This document shows positions 18,016 through 28,323 of a DNA stretch of 54,282 nucleotides, piece after piece. The notes beneath the pieces were generated by a model. That model was not told the DNA's origin. It was given only the letters and a program-made list of their open reading frames with translations, and made no database searches. Where the stretch lies: positions 1-54,282 of the forward strand of contig WYEK01000027.1 in assembly GCA_009903855.1 (NCBI GenBank), written 5' to 3'. The translations under genes were made by a program, and so were the position numbers. The stretch's first letter is position 1. Each line of letters opens with the position of its first letter. This DNA is from Thermocrinis sp. Its GTDB lineage: Bacteria; Aquificota; Aquificia; Aquificales; Aquificaceae.

Positions 18016-20226
18016 ATGAGAAGAACTGCTGTTCTACTTTCTGCACTATTTGGTAGTTTGGCTTTTTCTCAGGAGACACTAATAAAAGTTAGAGTAGAAG
18101 AAGAGGGTGGAAAGGAAGCTATCCTGCCGGTGGAGGTCAAAAGGAGAACTCCAAAGACGGAGACCACTGTAAAGGAGGAGGAGCTAAAAGTCAGGTCTGG
18201 TGCTGGGGGTGTAAATATCTTCAAAGCCATAGAACTCACGCCCTCTCTGAACGCCCAGACGGATGATGCCTATGGTCTTGGCGGTGGAACCGTAAGACTG
18301 AGAGGCTTTGATAACACCCAGATAGGCGTCACTATTGATGACATGCCCCTAAACGACTCTGGAAACTTTGCCCTCTATCCCCACGAATACGCAGATGTGG
18401 AAAATTTAGAAAGTATCACGGTAGAGAGGGGTGCGGTGAGCAAGAGAAGCCCCTTCTACGTGGAAATAGGAGGTGCAATAAGGATCAGAACAAGACCGCC
18501 CGCCAACAAGTTTGGGATCACTCTCAGCGAAAAGTACGGTTCCTTTAACTTTAAGAAGCACTTTATAAGACTTGATACGGGATACCTTTTAGGAAATAAA
18601 GATTTACCCAAGTTGTTTGTATCTTACTCTCACACCGAAGCGGACAAGTGGAAGGGTCCGGGCAAATATCCTGACTACAGAGACCACTACACAGTAGGCA
18701 TATCCCACAAAATTGGCAGGCTATTTTGGGAGTTTTACTACGACAAGAACGTCCAGCTAAACTACTTTTACAAAGGGTTTAGCTTTAGTGAACTGAGCAA
18801 CGATAGCATATTCAGAAGGAGAGACTATAATGATAGACTGCTCCTTCCAAACACAGGAACGAACCTAAGTCAAAACGTATATTACTACAAGTTTTGGAAA
18901 AACCCCTACACCAACCAACAGCTCAGGGCTAATATAGAGCTGGACATTACAAACAGTGTAAAGCTGAGCCTAAAGCCCTACATGTGGATAGGTAGAGGTT
19001 CGGGAACAAGCGCCGCATCAAGCAGTGGGAACCTATTCTTTAAAGAATCCTTCAACTACACGGACAGACCGGGTGCCATAGCAGAATTGAAGTTTGAACT
19101 GCCAAAGGACTCAAGGCTCTTTTTGGGATACTGGTATGAGTATGCGGACCTAAAGCAGTGGCAACCACAACGCAGAGTCGTAGTCAATCCGGACGGTACA
19201 TTCACCTTGAATAACGTAACTGGCTTTCAATACAACTACATCCAACGCACAAAGACCATCACAAACACACCTTATTTATTCTTTGAATCCAAAGGGCTTT
19301 TGGGCAAAATGGACATCAACCTCGGAGTAAGATTTGAAAGCGTAAAGAGAAACTTTAAAAGTTACCGAACTACAGGACTCCCTTATTACCCAGAAGACGG
19401 CGTTTATGATGATCCGAGACTAACTTTGGATCCAAGTAAGTCTTACGAAAAGACCTACAGAAAGACACTTCCCAGCTTTGGAGTTGGTTACCAATTTACA
19501 AACTTCGCCTACGGTTATTTTGCCTATGCCAAGAACTTTAGGGCGCCCCAGAACTTTTTAGGCACGATACCCTCAAGCGTCTCTGCACAGTTTGTGGCGG
19601 ACCAGCTAAAGCCAGAAGAGGCGGACAACTACGACTTGGGCTTAAGGTTTGACTTTGATAAGTTCTACATAGCACCTTCTGTGTACTATGTGAAATACAA
19701 AAACAGGATTATACGCATTGCGGACCCCAAAGACCCAAACCTCATATACGTTAGGAACGCAGGAAAGGTGGATGCTTATGGTGCGGAGCTGGAACTGGGT
19801 ATTGTGCCTGTAAGTAGCGTAAGCATTTATGCATCCTTCTCCTACAACAAAGCCAAGTTTAAGGAAGAAAAAAACTACGATGTAAATCCACCTGTTGAAA
19901 TAAAGGACAAAACAGTGCCAGACACTCCCGAATACATGGCGAAGCTTGGCGGTAGGTTGGAACTAATGGGCTTTAGAATAAGTCCAAGCGTGGAGTACAT
20001 TGGCTCAAGGTACGGAAACCTTATCAACACGGAAAAGGTATCTTCATACACTCTGGTAAATCTTAACGTGCAAAGGAAGGTATACAAGGGCATAGACCTC
20101 TTCGTGGATGTGGTGAATTTAACGGATAAGAAGTATGTGGGAAGGATATCTCCCGGAACCACTTCCGGAACCTACTATGCGGGAGCACCCTTCACCATCT
20201 CTGTAGGGCTTAGCGGGAGGTTTTAA
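18016..20226 (+). CDS. TonB-dependent outer-membrane receptor
   Basis: Signal peptide, plug motifs (LRGFD, IDDMPLND, ITVERGA, IGGAI), LKPEEADNYDLG, NLTDKKY, C-terminal Phe. Confidence 0.93.
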   Translation: MRRTAVLLSALFGSLAFSQETLIKVRVEEEGGKEAILPVEVKRRTPKTETTVKEEELKVRSGAGGVNIFKAIELTPSLNAQTDDAYGLGGGTVRLRGFDNTQIGVTIDDMPLNDSGNFALYPHEYADVENLESITVERGAVSKRSPFYVEIGGAIRIRTRPPANKFGITLSEKYGSFNFKKHFIRLDTGYLLGNKDLPKLFVSYSHTEADKWKGPGKYPDYRDHYTVGISHKIGRLFWEFYYDKNVQLNYFYKGFSFSELSNDSIFRRRDYNDRLLLPNTGTNLSQNVYYYKFWKNPYTNQQLRANIELDITNSVKLSLKPYMWIGRGSGTSAASSSGNLFFKESFNYTDRPGAIAELKFELPKDSRLFLGYWYEYADLKQWQPQRRVVVNPDGTFTLNNVTGFQYNYIQRTKTITNTPYLFFESKGLLGKMDINLGVRFESVKRNFKSYRTTGLPYYPEDGVYDDPRLTLDPSKSYEKTYRKTLPSFGVGYQFTNFAYGYFAYAKNFRAPQNFLGTIPSSVSAQFVADQLKPEEADNYDLGLRFDFDKFYIAPSVYYVKYKNRIIRIADPKDPNLIYVRNAGKVDAYGAELELGIVPVSSVSIYASFSYNKAKFKEEKNYDVNPPVEIKDKTVPDTPEYMAKLGGRLELMGFRISPSVEYIGSRYGNLINTEKVSSYTLVNLNVQRKVYKGIDLFVDVVNLTDKKYVGRISPGTTSGTYYAGAPFTISVGLSGRF

Positions 20227-20228
20227 GT

Positions 20229-20678
20229 ATGCAAACGGTAAAGATAGCGGTCTTTATACTGATGTTCCTTGTCTTTTTCTACGGAAACTACATAGTGTTT
20301 TTGAAGCTGTTGAGCCTGAGAAAAAAGCCAAACACAGAACCTGTGGATTTAATGCGTTGGCTCTTAGACTTTAAAAAGGGTCTTTGGTTTTTGGACTTTT
20401 CTGCCACCACCTCCCCTCTCCTGGGGCTTTTGGGAACGGTAATAGGCTTAATAATGGCTTTTGTGGAATTGGGAAGGAAGGGAGTGGCGGGTGCGGGTGA
20501 GATAAGCGGTGCCATAGGCTTGGCGCTGGTGGCTACCGCGGTGGGTATAGCCATGTCCCTTTGGTTTTATCTGTGGTATAAGTTCTTCATCTCAAAGCAC
20601 CATCAGATAAAAGAAGAGCTAAAGATCAAGCTTTTGGAGGAAGAGTATGAAGAGACAAAGACTTCTGTCAATGCTTGA
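20229..20678 (+). CDS. exbB: ExbB/TolQ/MotA proton channel (short form)
   Basis: SPLLGLLGTVIGLIMAF, GAIGLALVATAVG. Confidence 0.88.
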   Translation: MQTVKIAVFILMFLVFFYGNYIVFLKLLSLRKKPNTEPVDLMRWLLDFKKGLWFLDFSATTSPLLGLLGTVIGLIMAFVELGRKGVAGAGEISGAIGLALVATAVGIAMSLWFYLWYKFFISKHHQIKEELKIKLLEEEYEETKTSVNA

Positions 20679-21069
20679 GGAACCCGAGCAAGAAAAGGAA
20701 GAGATACAAATAATCCCAATGATAGACATAATGCTCTTTTTGCTCACCTTCTTTATTCTCTACACTCTGAACGTCTTTCCCATGCTCTTTCAAAACCTAA
20801 ATCTTCCCACCTCCTCTACCCTTGAAACCGCCCAACTGAAAGAGCCCCTTAAGGTTTACATAAGCAAGGACGGAGACGTAGAAACCGAGAAGGTAGGAAA
20901 GGGCATTCAAGCCCTAAAGTCCCACCTAAAGGGTATAACTCAAAAGGATCAACTGGTGGTGGTTATAGTGGCAGACAGAGATGCAAAGGCTCAGCACCTT
21001 ATGAATGTAATAGATGTATTAAAGGAGGAGGGCATCTCCAAGATTGCCATAGCGGGTGAGAGAAAATGA
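20647..21069 (+). CDS. exbD: ExbD/TolR
   Basis: IIPMIDIMLFLLTFF, ADRDA. Confidence 0.9.
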   Translation: MKRQRLLSMLEEPEQEKEEIQIIPMIDIMLFLLTFFILYTLNVFPMLFQNLNLPTSSTLETAQLKEPLKVYISKDGDVETEKVGKGIQALKSHLKGITQKDQLVVVIVADRDAKAQHLMNVIDVLKEEGISKIAIAGERK

Positions 21070-21902
21070 ATGCAGAGCTAAAAAGGGAGAGGTTATTTAC
21101 CCTTTTTAGTTCTTTTGTTTTTTCTTCCTTTTCAGCTGTGGCGGTAGTGTTCCTCTTCTCAAGGCTCACCCTTTACTCTTTGCCAGAAACTCCTCAGCAG
21201 GTGGTGGAGGTGATAAGCCTCCCCATTCTGGAGCAAAAGCCTCAAAGCCCACCTCAACAGCAAAGGGTTGAAAGAAGAACACAGCGGGAACCAAAGAGGG
21301 AAAAGATAGAAAGAAAAACTCAAGAAAAACTCCCACAACGGCCACCGAAAGCGCAGGAGCAAAAGTTAAAAGAAGAGCCAAAGAGAGAGACCCCAGTCCA
21401 AGAGAGACCAGTGGCGCAGGAGGTTAAACCTTTGACCACTCAGGAGGTAGGCACAAGAGAAACTCCAAGGGAGGAGAAAGGGATAATCGGTGGAGAGGCT
21501 CACGGGCAGGTGGAAGCTCCTCACAGTGGAGAGGCTCAAAGACAGGAGGTAGCTCCTCGCGAAAGGGTGGAAAGCCCACCGCAGGTTCAAGAAAAAAAGT
21601 CCACCTCGTCCCCTCCTGCAGACCAACTAAGCGGATACTTTGCCCTGGTGAAGGTTATAATAGAGTCCGAAAAACGCTACCCAGAAGAGGCAAAGAGAAG
21701 GGGAGAGGAGGGCACAGTAGTGGTTAGCTTTACCATAGATGAATCTGGAAATCCCGTCAATGTAAGGCTTGCAAGCTCCAGCGGAAGCCCTTCTATAGAC
21801 AACGAAACCCTCAGGCTCATAAGGAGTCTAAAGTTTCCTCCTCCCCCAGATGGAAAGCCCGTCAACCTGAGGGTGGAAGTAGAGTACCAGCTAAGGAGGT
21901 AA
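21066..21902 (+). CDS. tonB: Energy transducer TonB
   Basis: N-terminal TM helix, Pro/Glu/Gln-rich linker, YPEEAKRRGEEGTVVVSFTI. Confidence 0.9.
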   Translation: MNAELKRERLFTLFSSFVFSSFSAVAVVFLFSRLTLYSLPETPQQVVEVISLPILEQKPQSPPQQQRVERRTQREPKREKIERKTQEKLPQRPPKAQEQKLKEEPKRETPVQERPVAQEVKPLTTQEVGTRETPREEKGIIGGEAHGQVEAPHSGEAQRQEVAPRERVESPPQVQEKKSTSSPPADQLSGYFALVKVIIESEKRYPEEAKRRGEEGTVVVSFTIDESGNPVNVRLASSSGSPSIDNETLRLIRSLKFPPPPDGKPVNLRVEVEYQLRR

Positions 21903-21906
21903 AGAC

Positions 21907-23478
21907 ATGCTTACAAGAAGAGAGTTCGTAAGCGTCCCCCTGCTGTACTTGCTTGCCAGGAACTTGGAAGCCTTTGCCAGCGACACACCCGAAGTCTTTC
22001 CTCAGGGCGTTGCAAGCGGAGACCCTACTCAGGACAGCATAGTGTTATGGACGCGGATTGAGCCGAAGGTGCACGAAAGTATGAAAAGGGACCTGGTGCT
22101 TGAGATATCCACAAAGCCTGACTTTTCGGAAGTGGTCCAAGTTCGTGTGCCTGCAGACAGAATAAACCCCTCAGGGGACTACACAGTAAGGCTTACCATA
22201 GATGGGTTAAAGCCAGGGGGCACCTACTACTACCGCTTTGTGTATGCAGATGTTCCATCTTTGACGGGAAGGTTCAAAACACTGCCCGTAGAAAGCCCGG
22301 AGGAGTTTAGGTTTGCCTTTGTTGTCTGCCAAAACTATGCGGACGGCTACTTCTCCGCCTTTAGGCACCTTTCTCAAGAGGACGTAGGTTTTGTGGTGCA
22401 TCTGGGAGACCAAATTTACGAGAAAATCTACGGACCGCCTAGGGTGCCCGGAAGGGATCTGAACCTTCCCTCCGGTGGGAAAATAGCCCTCACCTTAGAG
22501 GACTACCTTTACCTTTACAGAACCTATCTTTCTGATAAGGACTATCAGCTTGCCCGTGCCATGCATCCTTTTATATACATCTGGGATGACCACGAGTACG
22601 CCAACGATTACTCCTATGACTACGAGGGAGGCTACTACCTGTTGCCCGGACATCCCTTTTACAGGAAAAAAGCCCAGAGTTTGGCACTAAGGAGGATAGC
22701 CATACAGGCATGGCTTGCCTACACACCCGCCAAGGTAAAGTTAGACCTAAACTCAAGGGATCCATTAAAGTGGATAACCATATACAGGGACTTCAAGGTA
22801 GGAGACCTTCTTCACTTGATATGCACCGACGAGAGGTCCTACAGGACACCTCAACCTTGTAATAGGAGGTATGCGGACCCAGGCTGTCCCGAACAGAGAA
22901 AAACCTCCATGCTGGGAAAGGAACAAAAGGCTTGGTTTTTCAGAAAGCTGGAAGAAAAAGGCTACCACTGGAAAGTTTGGGCAAACGAGGTTCAGTTTGT
23001 TCAGGGTAGGGTCAACGGACTCTTTGGTTCTTTGGATGCTTGGGATGGCTACGCAGGAGAGAGGGAGGAGATCCTCAGGTTTTTAGAGTCAAAGGCTATA
23101 AACAATCTGGTTATCATAACGGGGGACAGGCATGCGGGGCTGGTGGCAGAGGTCCCAGACAAGTTTGAAGGAGACTATCAAAAGGTTCTTGGTATGGAGT
23201 TTATGACGCCAGCCATTTCCTCCATCAGTGCTGCAGAGACCACCTGGTGGAAAGATTACGGCGTGTCAAACCACGTGGAGTTTGCCCAAGCGGAAAAGAA
23301 CCAAAACCCTTGGACTAAGTATCTAGAGCATAAAATATGGGGCTACTCGGTCCTTACGCTTACAAGGGATAGGGCTGTAGGAGAGATGTTCTTTGTGGAT
23401 AAGTACAGGAAGGATGCGGAAAAAGAGAGGGCAGTTAGGGCAGTTTATGAAAGAGGAAAGCGGATAACTTTGCTGTAA
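21907..23478 (+). CDS. phoD: PhoD-family alkaline phosphatase/phosphodiesterase, Tat-exported
   Basis: TRREFV twin-arginine signal, GVASGDP, HLGDQIYE, WDDHE, DAWDGY, TGDRH. Confidence 0.93.
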   Translation: MLTRREFVSVPLLYLLARNLEAFASDTPEVFPQGVASGDPTQDSIVLWTRIEPKVHESMKRDLVLEISTKPDFSEVVQVRVPADRINPSGDYTVRLTIDGLKPGGTYYYRFVYADVPSLTGRFKTLPVESPEEFRFAFVVCQNYADGYFSAFRHLSQEDVGFVVHLGDQIYEKIYGPPRVPGRDLNLPSGGKIALTLEDYLYLYRTYLSDKDYQLARAMHPFIYIWDDHEYANDYSYDYEGGYYLLPGHPFYRKKAQSLALRRIAIQAWLAYTPAKVKLDLNSRDPLKWITIYRDFKVGDLLHLICTDERSYRTPQPCNRRYADPGCPEQRKTSMLGKEQKAWFFRKLEEKGYHWKVWANEVQFVQGRVNGLFGSLDAWDGYAGEREEILRFLESKAINNLVIITGDRHAGLVAEVPDKFEGDYQKVLGMEFMTPAISSISAAETTWWKDYGVSNHVEFAQAEKNQNPWTKYLEHKIWGYSVLTLTRDRAVGEMFFVDKYRKDAEKERAVRAVYERGKRITLL

Positions 23479-23528
23479 GCTGATTTTTGCTATAACGCAA
23501 AAGGTAGCAAGGGATTATAATTTTTCTT

Positions 23529-24365
23529 GTGCGTATTAGGATTGCCCATAGCCCAGATTCAGACGATGCTTTTATGTTCTATCCTCTCACTGCGGGGGTC
23601 ATAGACACGGAAGGTTTAGAGATAGAGCACGTTTTGGCAGATATTGAAACCCTCAATCAACGTGCCCTGGAGGGGACCTACGAAGTTTCTGCGGTTTCTT
23701 TTCATGCATACCCATACATAGCAGACAAATACTTAGTGCTTCCGAGCGGTGGTAGTGTGGGGGATGGCTACGGTCCCTTGGTTGTGGCAAAGGAGGAGTT
23801 AAAGAGCTTGAAGGGGGAAAGGGTCGCAGTGCCGGGGAAATTGACCACCGCCTACTTGGTTTTAAAGCTTTATGAACTGAACTTTGAGCCGGTGGTTATG
23901 CCCTTTGACAAAGTGCTTGACGCAGTGCTTTCGGGGGAGGTAAAGGCGGGCTTGGTGATCCACGAAGGACAACTGAGCTACAAAGATAAGGGACTAAGCA
24001 AGGTGGTTGATTTGGGTGAGTGGTGGAAGGAAAGCTTTGGTTTGCCTTTGCCCTTGGGTGGCAATGTGGTTAGGAAGGACTTGGGAAAGGAGATCATCAA
24101 AAAGATAGAAAGGCTTATGAGAAAGAGCGTAGAGTATGCCTTGTCCCACCCGGAGGAAGCCCTAAAATACGCAAGGGAGTACGCAAGGGACATAAAAGAA
24201 GACACAGAAAAAACAAAAAAATTTGTAAGCATGTATGTGAATGAGAGGACAATAGATTACGGAGAGGATGGCAGGAGGGCGGTGAGGCTACTTTTGAGCC
24301 TTGGCTACCAAAGGGGGATTATAGAGGTCCCTCCACCGGAGGTGATATTTTCCGACGAGGTTTAA
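23529..24365 (+). CDS. mqnD: 1,4-dihydroxy-6-naphthoate synthase (futalosine pathway)
   Basis: AHSPDSDDAFMF, DIETLN, GDGYGP, IHEG, LPLPLG, MYVN. Confidence 0.88.
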   Translation: MRIRIAHSPDSDDAFMFYPLTAGVIDTEGLEIEHVLADIETLNQRALEGTYEVSAVSFHAYPYIADKYLVLPSGGSVGDGYGPLVVAKEELKSLKGERVAVPGKLTTAYLVLKLYELNFEPVVMPFDKVLDAVLSGEVKAGLVIHEGQLSYKDKGLSKVVDLGEWWKESFGLPLPLGGNVVRKDLGKEIIKKIERLMRKSVEYALSHPEEALKYAREYARDIKEDTEKTKKFVSMYVNERTIDYGEDGRRAVRLLLSLGYQRGIIEVPPPEVIFSDEV

Positions 24366-24375
24366 ATTTTAAAGA

Positions 24376-25368
24376 ATGCCCATAGACCAACTTGGAAGAG
24401 AGCTAAAGGACCTGCGAGTATCGGTAACAGACCGGTGCAACTTTAGATGTTGGTTTTGTATGCCAGAGGGGGAACATTATGAGTTCTTCAAAAGGGAAGA
24501 AATTCTGAGCTTTGAAGAGATTGCAAGGGTGGTGCGTATAGTCAAAGGACTTGGGGTTAAAAAGGTAAGGCTTACCGGCGGAGAGCCACTTCTCAGAAGG
24601 CATTTAGAAAAATTAGTAGCCCTCATAAGCCAAGAGGTGGAAGACATAGCTCTTACCACCAACGGCTTTTTGCTAAAGGACAAGCTCCAAGATTTAGCTT
24701 TGGCAGGGTTAAAGAGAGTAACTGTGAGCCTTCCTTCTTTGAGGGACCAGACCCTTTCTAAGCTTGTGGGAAGGGATGTTAAAGTGGGTCAGATTTTAGA
24801 GGGCATACACAGGAGCTTGGAGCTTGGACTTTTGGTCAAGGTCAATGTGTGCGTGGTGAGGGATATAAACGACGATGAAATTTTAGACTTTGTAGAGTTT
24901 TTCAGACCCTTGGGGGTGGAGGTTAGGTTTATAGAGTTTATGGATGTGGGAACTTTAAACGGATGGTCCCTTGAACGGGTCTTTTCTGCCAAGGATATTA
25001 TCAACGCCATCTCCCAAAGGTACAAAGTAAAACCTATCGGAAGGCGAAAGAGGGGAGAAACTGCGGAGAGGTTTATGCTGGAGGATGGCTACAAGTTTGG
25101 GATAATAGCGTCTGTAACACAGCCCTTCTGTGGAGAGTGCAATCGTTTAAGGCTAACCGCAGATGGCAAGCTTTTCACATGCCTTTTTGCAAGCGACGGC
25201 TATGATCTGAAGAGCCTTCTAAGGGGTGGTGCAAGGGACGAGGAAATAAGGGACTTTATAGTGGCCCTTTGGGAAAAAAGAAAGGACAGGTATTCAGAAG
25301 AAAGGCTTGAGCTTTTGGAAAAGGGCATAAAACCCAAAAAAGTGGAGATGCTTAAGCTAGGGGGATGA
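24376..25368 (+). CDS. moaA: GTP 3',8-cyclase
   Basis: CNFRCWFC, TGGEP, FCGECNRLR...CL, C-terminal GG. Confidence 0.95.
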   Translation: MPIDQLGRELKDLRVSVTDRCNFRCWFCMPEGEHYEFFKREEILSFEEIARVVRIVKGLGVKKVRLTGGEPLLRRHLEKLVALISQEVEDIALTTNGFLLKDKLQDLALAGLKRVTVSLPSLRDQTLSKLVGRDVKVGQILEGIHRSLELGLLVKVNVCVVRDINDDEILDFVEFFRPLGVEVRFIEFMDVGTLNGWSLERVFSAKDIINAISQRYKVKPIGRRKRGETAERFMLEDGYKFGIIASVTQPFCGECNRLRLTADGKLFTCLFASDGYDLKSLLRGGARDEEIRDFIVALWEKRKDRYSEERLELLEKGIKPKKVEMLKLGG

Positions 25369-26696
25369 AGAAGGAAAAGACAGTCTTTGTCTGTCAGGAG
25401 TGCGGATACTCTTCCACCAAGTGGTTTGGAAGGTGTCCTTCTTGCGGTGCTTGGAACAGTATGGTGGAAGAGAGGGAAAGGGTTGCCACCAAGACCCTTG
25501 GTCCTGCCATGACCTACAAGCCCTTGCCTATGTGGGTGGAGGAGGACCTAAAGAGGCTATCTACGGGCTTTGAGCAGATGGACTTAGCCTTGGGTGGAGG
25601 GCTTGTAAAGGGACAGGTTTTGCTGATCGCAGGGGAGCCAGGCATAGGAAAATCTACCCTGCTTTTGCAGTTGGCGGAAAAATACTCAAAGGCTTACGGA
25701 AAGGTGCTGTATGTATCTGGGGAAGAGTCAGGCAGTCAAATAGGAACGAGGGCAAAAAGGCTTAAGGTGGAAGGGGAAAACCTCTACCTTTTGCCCGAGA
25801 CTGAGCTTGAGTATATTTTGGAAACCATCCAAGAACTAAAGCCAAGCCTTTTGGTGGTGGATTCTATACAGACCATTCATTCTTCCCAGTTGGAATCTGC
25901 ACCCGGTTCAGTGGCACAGGTTAGAGAGTGTGCATACAAGCTGGCAGAGTTCTGCAAAAGAAGGGACATCCCACTGTTCATAGTAGGACAGATCACCAAG
26001 GAGGGAAGCATTGCAGGTCCGAAGGTTCTGGAACATCTGGTGGATACAGTCCTTTATTTTGAAGGAGAAAGGTTCAGCTTTTACCGAGTTTTAAAAGTAG
26101 TTAAGAATCGCTTTGGTGCAAGTGGGGAGATGGTAGTTTTTAAGATGACGGAAAGGGGATTGGAGGAGGTGCCCGAGCCCTCAGCCCTATTTTTGCAAGA
26201 GAGAAGGGCAAGCCCGGGCAGTGTGGTATTTCCTCATACGGAGGGCAACAAGCCGGTGCTTTTGGAGGTGCAAGCCTTAGTCATAGACGCCCTGTACACA
26301 ACACCCCAGAGAAGAACTCAGGGCTATGACATAAACCGCCTTGCCCTCATCCTTGCGGTCCTTGAGAAGGAGGCTAAAATATTCACAAGGGATAAGGATG
26401 TCTTTGTGAACGTGGTGGGGGGTATGCAGATCGTGGAGCCTGCGGGGGACCTGGCAGTAGCCTTAGCCATAGCATCCTCCGTGAAAGGAAAAGAGCTGGG
26501 GGATGTGGTGGTCTTTGGAGAGCTGGGCTTGGGTGGAGAGGTCAGGGCGGTGCATTTTCCGGAGATGAGACTAAAAGAGGGCAAACGCTTTGGCTTTAAA
26601 AGGGCAATGGTTCCAAAGGGCAACATCCTTGAGATGGATGATATGGAAATATACGCAGTTTCCCACATAAAAGAAGCCCTTGAGCTTTTGCTATGA
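25365..26696 (+). CDS. radA: DNA repair protein RadA/Sms
   Basis: CQEC...CPSC zinc finger, GEPGIGKS, KNRFG. Confidence 0.97.
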   Translation: MKKEKTVFVCQECGYSSTKWFGRCPSCGAWNSMVEERERVATKTLGPAMTYKPLPMWVEEDLKRLSTGFEQMDLALGGGLVKGQVLLIAGEPGIGKSTLLLQLAEKYSKAYGKVLYVSGEESGSQIGTRAKRLKVEGENLYLLPETELEYILETIQELKPSLLVVDSIQTIHSSQLESAPGSVAQVRECAYKLAEFCKRRDIPLFIVGQITKEGSIAGPKVLEHLVDTVLYFEGERFSFYRVLKVVKNRFGASGEMVVFKMTERGLEEVPEPSALFLQERRASPGSVVFPHTEGNKPVLLEVQALVIDALYTTPQRRTQGYDINRLALILAVLEKEAKIFTRDKDVFVNVVGGMQIVEPAGDLAVALAIASSVKGKELGDVVVFGELGLGGEVRAVHFPEMRLKEGKRFGFKRAMVPKGNILEMDDMEIYAVSHIKEALELLL

Positions 26697-27337
26697 AGGT
26701 GCTTTTGGTGGAAGATGACCGGCTTTTGGGGGAGAGTCTAACAGAGTACTTGCAGTCGGAGGGATTTATTACAGATTGGGTGTATGACCCAAGGGAGGTT
26801 ATGGACCTCTTGGAGGTATCCCGCTACGATGTGATCGTCCTTGACCTGATGATGCCACACATAGGGGGTGAGGAGCTTATAAAGGCTATCAGAGAAAAGG
26901 ACAAAGAAACTTCCATCCTTGTTCTTACCGCCAAGCAAAGGCTTGAAGACAAACGCACCTGTTTTGAGCTTGGGGCGGATGACTATCTAACAAAGCCCTT
27001 TGAGATGGAGGAGCTGACCTTGAGGCTAAAAGCCCTATACAGAAGGAAGAACCCGCAGGATGTGGTGGTTATTGACGAAGTGGAGGTCTGCTTTAGCAAA
27101 GAGATGGTAAAGGTGAAGGGAAAGCCAATTTCTTTGAGCAAAAAGGACTGGCTTGTTTTGAAGTTTTTGGTGGAAAACAGGGGACGCTTTGTCTCCCACG
27201 AAGAGATCCTTAACTATGCATGGGGTGACGAACCGGTGGGGGAAGATGTAGTAAGGGCACGCATAAAGAACCTTAGAAAGTTGCTACCGGAGGGGTTTAT
27301 AAAGACCATGAAGGGAAGGGGATACCGGGTTGGGTGA
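26693..27337 (+). CDS. OmpR/PhoB-family response regulator
   Basis: LLVEDD, LDLMMP, GADDYLTKPF, winged-helix GRGYR. Confidence 0.93.
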   Translation: MKVLLVEDDRLLGESLTEYLQSEGFITDWVYDPREVMDLLEVSRYDVIVLDLMMPHIGGEELIKAIREKDKETSILVLTAKQRLEDKRTCFELGADDYLTKPFEMEELTLRLKALYRRKNPQDVVVIDEVEVCFSKEMVKVKGKPISLSKKDWLVLKFLVENRGRFVSHEEILNYAWGDEPVGEDVVRARIKNLRKLLPEGFIKTMKGRGYRVG

Positions 27338-28313
27338 AAGGCTAAAGCTTATGCTAATTTTTCTTTCCCTGATCACCGTCGGCTTTATAGCCTTGAACAT
27401 TCTTGTGTTCTTTGAACTAAAAAGAACAGTAGAGGAAGGCATCTACTTTAGGGCATACTCCCATTATCTTCTTTACACCATAAGCAAAAACCATAGGGGA
27501 GATGAATACTTCCTTGTCTCCGAGGAAATTACAACGGGCTTTTCCTTTTCCTTTAGGGACCCTTCCGACCCTTCTAAAAATGTCTATGTGGCTGTGAGGG
27601 AAGAGTATTTAAAGGAGAGCATAAAGCCGAGCCTAAAGAGATTATTCTTTTTTCAGTTTTTGCTGATCTTTTCTTTGATTTTGGTCTATCAGTTGGCTTT
27701 GGACAGGCTTTGGAAAGACGTGGAAGAGGGCAGGGAGTTTGGCAGGTTTTTAATAAAGTCCATAAGCCACAAGCTTGGGAACTTTCTGGCGGTTCAAAAG
27801 ACAAACCTTAACCTTTTGCAAAAAACCAACTCTCCTCAAGCCTTGGGTAGGATGCAAAGGAGTATAAAGAGGCTTGAAAAGGACGTTAGCTTGATCCTCA
27901 GGCTATCGGAGGAAGAACTAAAGCCTGTTAAGGTTTGGGTGGATTTCTGGAGTGTTCTGGAGAATGTGCTTAGCTTTTTTGAGGATGAGATAAAGGAAAA
28001 AAAGTTTATCTTCAGAAAAGGAAAAGATCTTTACCTGCATACGGACGAACGAATTCTGGAGGACGTGCTTTATAACCTCCTCAGCAACGCCATAAAGTAT
28101 TCAAAGAGCTTTGTCCATCTGAGGGTCTCCGTGGGCAAGGACCGAGTGCTCTTCAGCGTGAGAAATGACTTTGTGGAAAATGCAAAAGGAGGCATGGGCT
28201 TGGGGCTAAAGCTTTTGCAGAGGCACGCCCAAAGGATGGACAGTGAGTTATCTATCCGCATAAAAAAACACTACACCGCCCACCTCTGCTTTAGGGAGTT
28301 TAGAGTGATTTAA
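27330..28313 (+). CDS. Sensor histidine kinase
   Basis: Two TM helices, H-box SHKLGN, N-box NLLSNAIKY, G-box GMGLGL. Confidence 0.8.
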   Translation: MGERLKLMLIFLSLITVGFIALNILVFFELKRTVEEGIYFRAYSHYLLYTISKNHRGDEYFLVSEEITTGFSFSFRDPSDPSKNVYVAVREEYLKESIKPSLKRLFFFQFLLIFSLILVYQLALDRLWKDVEEGREFGRFLIKSISHKLGNFLAVQKTNLNLLQKTNSPQALGRMQRSIKRLEKDVSLILRLSEEELKPVKVWVDFWSVLENVLSFFEDEIKEKKFIFRKGKDLYLHTDERILEDVLYNLLSNAIKYSKSFVHLRVSVGKDRVLFSVRNDFVENAKGGMGLGLKLLQRHAQRMDSELSIRIKKHYTAHLCFREFRVI

Positions 28314-28323
28314 TTCTTTCTTC

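Noticed and set aside
21230-21620. Purine-rich quasi-repeats in tonB
   Set aside because: Ordinary low-complexity TonB linker.
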